From UHGV virus genome UHGV-0042155: 29,839 bases of DNA; one strand, given 5' to 3'. This document shows positions 27,080-29,839 of this stretch, one piece after another; position 1 is the first letter of the stretch; the number at the start of each line of letters is the position of its first letter. The stretch is from a virus. A model generated the notes under the pieces. It saw nothing but the letters and a program-made list of their open reading frames with translations. It was not told where the DNA came from and did no database searches. The translations under genes were made by a program, and so were the position numbers.

Positions 27080-28397
27080 TCTTCCGCATATTGCCAGTAT
27101 GGCCTTTAATGAGCCGCTGATGCTTGAACCCGCCTATGCGCGGGTTTTCTTTTGCGCGCTGGCTGGCCAGTTGGGCATCACCCGGCTGACAGATACCGTC
27201 TCTGGCATCACGCTTGATGCCGGACAAATAGCCGAACCGCTGGCGCTGTTTGGTGAGGATGATGACATGGATCCCCGTCCATCACGCAGCTATCAGGTGG
27301 CAAATGGTATCGCGGTCTTGCCGGTTTCCGGCACGCTGGTCAGTAAAACCCGCTCACTCCAGCCGTATTCGGGGATGACGGGGTACAACGGCATCATCGC
27401 CCGCCTCCAGCAGGCAATCAGCGATCCGGGTGTAGACGGCATTCTTCTGGATATGGATACGCCAGGTGGAATGGTGGCGGGTGCCTTTGACTGTGCGGAC
27501 ATCATCGCCCGCATGCGGGATATCAAACCCATCTGGGCGTTAGCCAACGATATGAACTGCAGCGCTGGCCAGCTGATTGCCAGTGCGGCATCACGTCGGC
27601 TTGTGACCCAGACGGCCAGAACGGGATCCATCGGGGTCATGATGGCCCACAGCAATTACGGCGCCGCCCTTAAAACCAGCGGCGTTGAGGTCACGCTGAT
27701 TTACAGCGGCGATCACAAGGTGGACGGGAACCCCTACGAGAAATTACCCAAAGAGGTACGCGCAGATTTTCAGGCGCGTATCGACGCTACCCGGCAGATG
27801 TTCGCTGAAAAGGTGGCGGGTTATACCGGCATGTCGGTTCAGGCCGTTCTTGATACTGAAGCAGCTGTGTTTTCAGGCCAGGAATCAGTTGACAACGGCC
27901 TGGCGGAGCAGCTGGTCAACAACATGGATGCGCTGAACGTTATGCGCGATGCAATTAACAAACGAACGATGATTTCCCGAGGAGGAAGCATGAAAGGTAC
28001 TACTGCATCCGCAGATACCACTCAACCAGCAGCATCTGCTGACCAGACCGTGACCACCGTTGACGTGCCTGCTGCGGTCGTTACTGACCCTGCAGCGGGC
28101 GCAACTGTTGATATCAGCAGCCAGGTGGCAGCGGCGGTCGCAGCCGAAAACGGTCGCATTATGGGGATCCTGAACTGTGAAGAGGCGAAAGGGCGTGAAT
28201 CACAGGCGCGCGCGCTGGCGGAAACGCCCGGGATGACGGTGGAAAGTGCCCAGCGCATCCTTGCCGCGGCTCCTCTGAGTGCTCAGGCGCGTACGGATAC
28301 CGCGCTGGATCGTCTGATGGAAACCGCACCCGGCACCATAACGGCAGGTAGCGCTTCTGCCGAAGCGGGTGACGATTTGTTAAATACGCCTGTTTAA
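27060..28397 (+). CDS. C: head maturation protease / scaffold (lambda C, with in-frame Nu3-like C-terminal region)
   Basis: [37 protein letters not shown]... and ClpP-like core match lambda gpC. Confidence 0.95.
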   Translation: MAHELRNLPHIASMAFNEPLMLEPAYARVFFCALAGQLGITRLTDTVSGITLDAGQIAEPLALFGEDDDMDPRPSRSYQVANGIAVLPVSGTLVSKTRSLQPYSGMTGYNGIIARLQQAISDPGVDGILLDMDTPGGMVAGAFDCADIIARMRDIKPIWALANDMNCSAGQLIASAASRRLVTQTARTGSIGVMMAHSNYGAALKTSGVEVTLIYSGDHKVDGNPYEKLPKEVRADFQARIDATRQMFAEKVAGYTGMSVQAVLDTEAAVFSGQESVDNGLAEQLVNNMDALNVMRDAINKRTMISRGGSMKGTTASADTTQPAASADQTVTTVDVPAAVVTDPAAGATVDISSQVAAAVAAENGRIMGILNCEEAKGRESQARALAETPGMTVESAQRILAAAPLSAQARTDTALDRLMETAPGTITAGSASAEAGDDLLNTPV

Positions 28398-28406
28398 GAG
28401 GTCAAC

Positions 28407-28739
28407 ATGTCTAACACTGAACAATTTACGCACAATCAGCCCCTCGGGAACAGTGATCCGGCGCATACCGGTTTTGCACCTGGTGAACTGACGAAAGCAG
28501 TACCGGCGATGACGCCCCTGATGCTGGATGCCACTTCCGGCAAGCTGACCGTCTGGGATGGTGCTCATGCTGGCGCGGCAATGGGCATCCTGGCTGTAAC
28601 CGCAGACCAGAACAGCGCGGAACTGGCATATTACAAATCTGGCTCTTTCCGTATTGAAGATGTCCTCTGGCCATCTGCCGTCACCGACGACAACATTAAA
28701 CGTAACGCGTTCGCCGGTACTGCAATCAGCATCGTTTAA
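28407..28739 (+). CDS. D: head decoration protein
   Basis: 110 aa; [18 protein letters not shown]...[10 protein letters not shown] matches lambda gpD. Confidence 0.95.
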   Translation: MSNTEQFTHNQPLGNSDPAHTGFAPGELTKAVPAMTPLMLDATSGKLTVWDGAHAGAAMGILAVTADQNSAELAYYKSGSFRIEDVLWPSAVTDDNIKRNAFAGTAISIV

Positions 28740-28771
28740 TCCGCATTTCTACAACCATCATCATTCATAAA

Positions 28772-28793
28772 AGCCGCCTGCGCGGCTTTTTTT
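28772..28793 (+). terminator. terminator-like hairpin between D and E
   Basis: Stem agccgc / gcggct with loop ctgc, followed by TTTTTTT. Confidence 0.5.
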
Positions 28794-28806
28794 ACGGGAA
28801 ATATCT

Positions 28807-29832
28807 ATGTCCGTTTACACCACTGCCCAGCTGCTGGCGGTCAATGAGAAGAAATTCAAATTCGATCCGCTTTTCCTGCGTATCTTTTTCCGCGAAACCT
28901 ATCCCTTCAGTACAGAGAAGGTTTACCTGTCGCAAATTCCTGGCCTGGTCAATATGGCGCTTTACGTCTCGCCGATTGTCTCCGGCAAAGTGATCCGCTC
29001 CCGTGGCGGCAGCACGTCTGAATTCACGCCGGGTTATGTGAAGCCGAAACACGAAGTTAACCCACTGATGACTCTCCGCCGCCTGCCGGATGAGGATCCG
29101 CAGAATCTCGCTGACCCGGTCTATCGCCGTCGCCGCATTATCCTTCAGAACATGAAGGATGAAGAGCTGGCGATTGCTCAGGTCGAAGAGAAACAGGCTG
29201 TTTCGGCGGTGCTCAGCGGTAAATACACCATGACCGGGGAAGCGTTCGAGCCTGTTGAAGTCGATATGGGCCGCAGCGCTGGTAACAACATTGTCCAGGC
29301 CGGTGCGGCTGCATGGTCAACCCGCGACAAAGAAACGTATGACCCGACCGATGACATTGAAGCCTACGCGCTCAACGCCAGCGGTGTGGTCAACATCATT
29401 GTGTTCGATCCGAAAGGCTGGGCGCTGTTCCGTTCCTTCAAGGCTGTTGAGAAGAAGCTGGATACGCGTCGTGGTTCTAACTCTGAGCTGGAAACTGCCG
29501 TGAAAGACCTGGGTATGGCTGTTTCATACAAGGGGATGTTTGGCGATGTGGCCATCGTGGTGTACTCCGGCCAGTACGTCGAAAACGACGTCAAAAAGAA
29601 TTATCTGCCGGACCTGACAATGGTGCTGGGGAATACCCAGGCTCGTGGCCTGCGTACCTATGGCTGCATTCTTGATGCTGATGCCCAGCGCGAAGGTATC
29701 AATGCCTCGACACGCTACCCGAAAAACTGGGTGCAGTCGGGGGATCCGGCGCGCGAATTCACCATGATTCAGTCAGCTCCGCTGATGCTGCTGCCAGACC
29801 CTGACGCATTCGTCTCCGTCAAACTGGCATAA
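28807..29832 (+). CDS. E: major capsid protein
   Basis: 341 aa; MSVYTTAQLLAVNEKKFKFDPLFLRIFFRETYPF... is near-identical to lambda gpE. Confidence 0.95.
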   Translation: MSVYTTAQLLAVNEKKFKFDPLFLRIFFRETYPFSTEKVYLSQIPGLVNMALYVSPIVSGKVIRSRGGSTSEFTPGYVKPKHEVNPLMTLRRLPDEDPQNLADPVYRRRRIILQNMKDEELAIAQVEEKQAVSAVLSGKYTMTGEAFEPVEVDMGRSAGNNIVQAGAAAWSTRDKETYDPTDDIEAYALNASGVVNIIVFDPKGWALFRSFKAVEKKLDTRRGSNSELETAVKDLGMAVSYKGMFGDVAIVVYSGQYVENDVKKNYLPDLTMVLGNTQARGLRTYGCILDADAQREGINASTRYPKNWVQSGDPAREFTMIQSAPLMLLPDPDAFVSVKLA

Positions 29833-29839
29833 CTCCCCC

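Overview
Composite mobile-element window from an enterobacterial-type chromosome: two integrative elements sit back-to-back at a tmRNA (ssrA) 3'-end attachment core. Bases 1-6540 are the integrase-proximal end of a CP4-57-like island (P4-type integrase IntA, AlpA, a DUF3987/YfjI-like protein, an inovirus-Gp2/YfjJ-like protein) plus AT-rich cargo, including an ORF that runs off the left edge of the window. A 98-nt N gap follows at 6544-6641. Bases 6640-29839 are about 23 kb of a lambda-like prophage in canonical order: att, int, xis, early-left genes, CI repressor, operators, Cro, replication (initiator with internal iteron-like repeats plus a TOPRIM primase/DnaB-like helicase fusion), Q-like antiterminator, tR', a four-gene tRNA cluster, lysis cassette (S holin, lysozyme, Rz/Rz1), cos, and head genes Nu1-A-W-B-C-D-E, all recognisably lambda-like by eye. 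The candidates for something new are the AT-rich genes at accessory positions: an acidic two-gene operon at the head of the pL transcript, a 316-aa gene antisense to the late operon, a 204-aa gene with an Rx4H (HEPN-like) motif at the lambda bor position, and the island cargo. None can be assigned a function from sequence alone. All family assignments rest on reading the translations and motifs; no database search was run.
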